Shown here in pieces: positions 61,085-64,000 of a DNA stretch of 64,000 bases. Below the pieces are notes generated by a model. It did not search any database and was not told the origin of the DNA. It saw only the letters and a list, made by a program, of their open reading frames with translations. A program made the translations under genes and the position numbers. The DNA lies in the NCBI GenBank assembly GCA_038727515.1, contig JAVYVS010000001.1, positions 96,001 through 160,000 of the forward strand, read 5' to 3'. Position 1 is the stretch's first letter. Each line of letters begins with the position of its first letter. The stretch comes from Candidatus Methanomethylicia archaeon (lineage in GTDB: Archaea; Thermoproteota; Methanomethylicia; Culexarchaeales; Culexarchaeaceae).

Positions 61085-61861
61085 TTGCTATTTATTTTGT
61101 TTATGGGATTTCCAATTATTAGTGGTATTTTAGAGAGGATTCATAGTCTTATTGTTTCTAGAGTTCCTGAGAGGTCTAATGTTAAAAGTATTAAATCTAT
61201 ATTTAGAAACCCTCTCTTCGCTGCTCTTTCCTCTCTTATAATTTATTTTCTTCCTAGAATTTCTTATGGTATTATTGTAGATGTAGCTTGTGGTTATGGA
61301 TGGCTTTCAGGTTTTCTAAATCGTTTAGGTATGTATGTTTTAGGTATTGATATTTCTCGTGACGCTATTCTAAATGCTAAGAAGAATTTTCCAGGTCCAA
61401 GTTATATTATAGCTTCAGCACTTAAATTACCTTTAAAGAATTCTAGTGTATCCACTGTGATTAGCATAGAGACTATTGAGCATCTTAAAGATGGAGAATC
61501 TTTTTTGAGGGAGATTTATAGAATTTTGAAGGTTAAAGGTGTTTTACTACTTTCAACGATTAATGGTGATAGCTTATATCATAGAATTTATAGAGTTTTA
61601 ACTGGGAAGAATTGTGTAATATGTAGATTTCATATTCATGAATACAATCAACATGAACTTATACGTATACTTGAAGATATAGGTTTTAGTGTTAAAGAGA
61701 AGGGTTTATTGTCTTTTGTTTATCCAATATTTATACCACAAATAGCTTTACTATATTTACTCATCGCCTTTTTAACGTCAAAGAATTATTGGCTTTTTAA
61801 TGTAAAAGATAAATCATTAATGGGGATATTCCTATTGTTTAATATTATAAAAGAAGGTTAG
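61085..61861 (+). CDS. Class I SAM-dependent methyltransferase
   Basis: DVACGYG, GIDIS, ETIEHL, RILKVKG. Confidence 0.87.
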   Translation: MLFILFMGFPIISGILERIHSLIVSRVPERSNVKSIKSIFRNPLFAALSSLIIYFLPRISYGIIVDVACGYGWLSGFLNRLGMYVLGIDISRDAILNAKKNFPGPSYIIASALKLPLKNSSVSTVISIETIEHLKDGESFLREIYRILKVKGVLLLSTINGDSLYHRIYRVLTGKNCVICRFHIHEYNQHELIRILEDIGFSVKEKGLLSFVYPIFIPQIALLYLLIAFLTSKNYWLFNVKDKSLMGIFLLFNIIKEG

Positions 61862-61966
61862 TTAAATGTTAGTATGAGCTTAAGATAATGGTTCTATTAA
61901 TTGTTAATTTAAATTCCTAGACAAAATTTATATGTAATGTTTATTACATGGATTTTTTGAGTATGT

Positions 61967-62773
61967 ATGAATTTTATATTTGAGACATCTCAAATAATTC
62001 ATTCTGGTAGAGCCAGCGGCCTAGTCATATTATTAATAATAGCCTTTGCAGCCATTTACTTTATTAGAAGGGGTAAAGGGGGTAAAATTCCTAGTATCCG
62101 TAGAGTGGCTGGTTTAGATGCTATTGAAGAGGCTATTGGTAGAGCTACTGAAATGGGTAGACCTGTATTTTGTTCTCAAGGTCTTGCGGATATTCATGAT
62201 TCAACTTATGGACCTCAAACTATTGCTGGTTTATCTGTATTGGGTTATGTGGCTCAACTTTGTGCAAGATATGGTACAAGGGTTATAGTTCCTGTTGTAA
62301 GCTTAACCGTTTATCCTATCGCTAGAGAAATTGTGGAAAATGCTTATAGGATGGAGGGTAAGCTTGATCAATTTAGAGTGGAAGATATACCTTTCCTTTC
62401 AACATGGCAATTTAGTTATTCTCTTGGTTATATGAGTTTAATGAGAAGGGAGAAAGCTGGTGCAAACATTATGATTGGAGCTTATTGGGCTGAATCCCTT
62501 CAGCTTTCTGAAGTTGGATATAGAGTTGGTGCTATGCAGGTTAGTGGAACAGCAAACACACACCAAATACCATTCTTCGTAGTAGCAACAGACTACTGCC
62601 TAATAGGAGAAGAAATCTTTGCAGCAGGAGCATACCTAAGCAAAGACCCAGCAATGATAGGAAGCATAGTAGCACAAGACATAGGAAAAATTATTTCATT
62701 GATATTGATCGTTTTAGGGATTTTAATTGGTCTTAGTGGTTCTAAGATTATTGTGGATTTATTGAATATGTAG
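61967..62773 (+). CDS. DUF6754-like membrane protein
   Basis: IRRVAGLDAIEEAIGRATEMGRP, LIGEEIFAAGAYL. Confidence 0.8.
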   Translation: MNFIFETSQIIHSGRASGLVILLIIAFAAIYFIRRGKGGKIPSIRRVAGLDAIEEAIGRATEMGRPVFCSQGLADIHDSTYGPQTIAGLSVLGYVAQLCARYGTRVIVPVVSLTVYPIAREIVENAYRMEGKLDQFRVEDIPFLSTWQFSYSLGYMSLMRREKAGANIMIGAYWAESLQLSEVGYRVGAMQVSGTANTHQIPFFVVATDYCLIGEEIFAAGAYLSKDPAMIGSIVAQDIGKIISLILIVLGILIGLSGSKIIVDLLNM

Positions 62774-62786
62774 AGGTGATGGTATT

Positions 62787-63440
62787 ATGGCATGGTATAA
62801 ACGTATTGAAATTCCAATAGCAATAACAATTATATGCGCACTAATACAAATAATACCATACTTTATCGTTATGGGTCCAGCTGTTGAAGAATTTATGGAT
62901 AATGCTGTAAATTGGGAGATGTTGGTGGCTGCAGGTGCATTATTTGTAGGTGCTATATCGCTAGTACTTGTACATGCTCCTAGAATTGTTAAAAGGCAGA
63001 CTCATTGGCAGTATAGCTTGGAATTATTGGTTTTAATGGCTTTAACAATTATAGTTGGTTTACCAATTCGTGAAATTGGATTAGGAATGGATAACGCCAT
63101 CTTTACATTTATAGTGGATAATATTTTAACACCATTGGATAGTAGTTTGTATGCTATGTTGGCATTCTTCATAACTTCAGCTGCATATAGAGCTTTTAAA
63201 GCTAGATCTCTTGAAGCAGCATTGCTCTTAGTTGCTGGGTCAATATTGGTATTTAGAAATGCACCTTTAGGAACATTCCTAATTCCAGGGGCTGCTGATC
63301 TTGGAGATTGGTTGTTTAGAATTCCAAATATGGCTGTTCAAAGGGCAGTCATTATTGGTGGTGCTCTTGGCGCTATAGTTCTTGGGGTTAGAACTTTGTC
63401 TGGTTATGAAAGAGGTTATTTGAGGGGTGGAGGTGTATAA
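62787..63440 (+). CDS. Polytopic membrane protein
   Basis: About 6 TM segments, LAFFITSAAYRAF, GVRTLSGYER. Confidence 0.85.
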   Translation: MAWYKRIEIPIAITIICALIQIIPYFIVMGPAVEEFMDNAVNWEMLVAAGALFVGAISLVLVHAPRIVKRQTHWQYSLELLVLMALTIIVGLPIREIGLGMDNAIFTFIVDNILTPLDSSLYAMLAFFITSAAYRAFKARSLEAALLLVAGSILVFRNAPLGTFLIPGAADLGDWLFRIPNMAVQRAVIIGGALGAIVLGVRTLSGYERGYLRGGGV

Positions 63441-63441
63441 T

Positions 63442-64000
63442 ATGAGTTTATGGGATAAACTTGAAAACATAGATTCAAGAATAATATATCTACTCATATG
63501 GATCGTTGTTTTAACACCACTTATTTCACCCATAGGATTACCTGTTAGTATAAGTGAAAACACTATTGCATATGCTAGAACTATTGATCAACTTCCTCCA
63601 GGTTCTATGGTTGTATTATCCTTTGATTTTGGTTTAGGATCTCTTGGTGAACTGTATCCAATAGCTGTTGCAACTATGCATCACTTATTTAGTAGACCTG
63701 TGAAATTCGCAATAATAGCTATATGGAATCAAGGCCCCTTAGTTGCAAAAATGATTATAGATGAATTAAATCCTGAGAAAACTTATGGTAAGAAGTATGG
63801 TGAAGATTGGATATTCCTAGGGTGGGCTCCTGGCGGCGAAGTTGCAATGCGTGCATTAGGTCAAGATTTCTGGAAGGTTTTCCCAACCGACTATCTATAT
63901 AAACGCTCTGTAAGTGAATACCCAATTATGCAAAAATTAAAGTCAGCTAATGATGTAGCTTTACTAATAAGTATAGAAACAGGTACTCCTGGTGTTGATG
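63442..64000 (+). CDS. Membrane-anchored protein, 3' end outside the window
   Basis: MSLWDKLENIDSRIIY...PIGLPV...YGEDWIFLGW; open to the window end; GGAGGTG RBS. Confidence 0.85.
   Translation, partial: MSLWDKLENIDSRIIYLLIWIVVLTPLISPIGLPVSISENTIAYARTIDQLPPGSMVVLSFDFGLGSLGELYPIAVATMHHLFSRPVKFAIIAIWNQGPLVAKMIIDELNPEKTYGKKYGEDWIFLGWAPGGEVAMRALGQDFWKVFPTDYLYKRSVSEYPIMQKLKSANDVALLISIETGTPGVD

Noticed and set aside
1-64000. tRNA, rRNA, transposase or integrase genes
   Set aside because: No GC-rich structural RNA blocks or transposase/recombinase motifs seen by eye

Overview
AT-rich archaeal DNA; gene content suggests an anaerobic Thermoproteota/TACK-type lineage (inference). 1-15.1 kb is a hybrid CRISPR-Cas locus: the 3' end of a type III-B module (cas10/cmr2 partial, cmr3), an array of about 60 repeats with leader, csa3, a type I-A interference operon (csa5-cas7-cas5-cas8a-cas3'-cas3'') and a convergent csa1-cas1-cas2-cas4 operon. 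A second array of about 29 repeats, with the same repeat and a near-identical leader, lies at 33.8-35.8 kb. Between the arrays are metal homeostasis genes (TRASH chaperone, copA, ZIP), a long bactofilin-like protein, decayed genes (rtcB, CYTH, AAA ATPase) and coaBC/sua5. The right half has a corrinoid methyl-transfer cluster (RamA/RACo, MtrH, two non-pyrrolysine MttB, corrinoid protein), wHTH-MNT/HEPN, a NagB-PIG-L fusion, two pilin-like genes, MPG, UbiD, MFS, SppA and an uncharacterised three-gene membrane module cut by the window edge. Features not in the ORF track: two box C/D sRNAs, a small TRASH gene, operator-like palindromes and a G/T-to-A/C compositional gradient along transcription units. 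All calls are from reading by eye; no searches were run.
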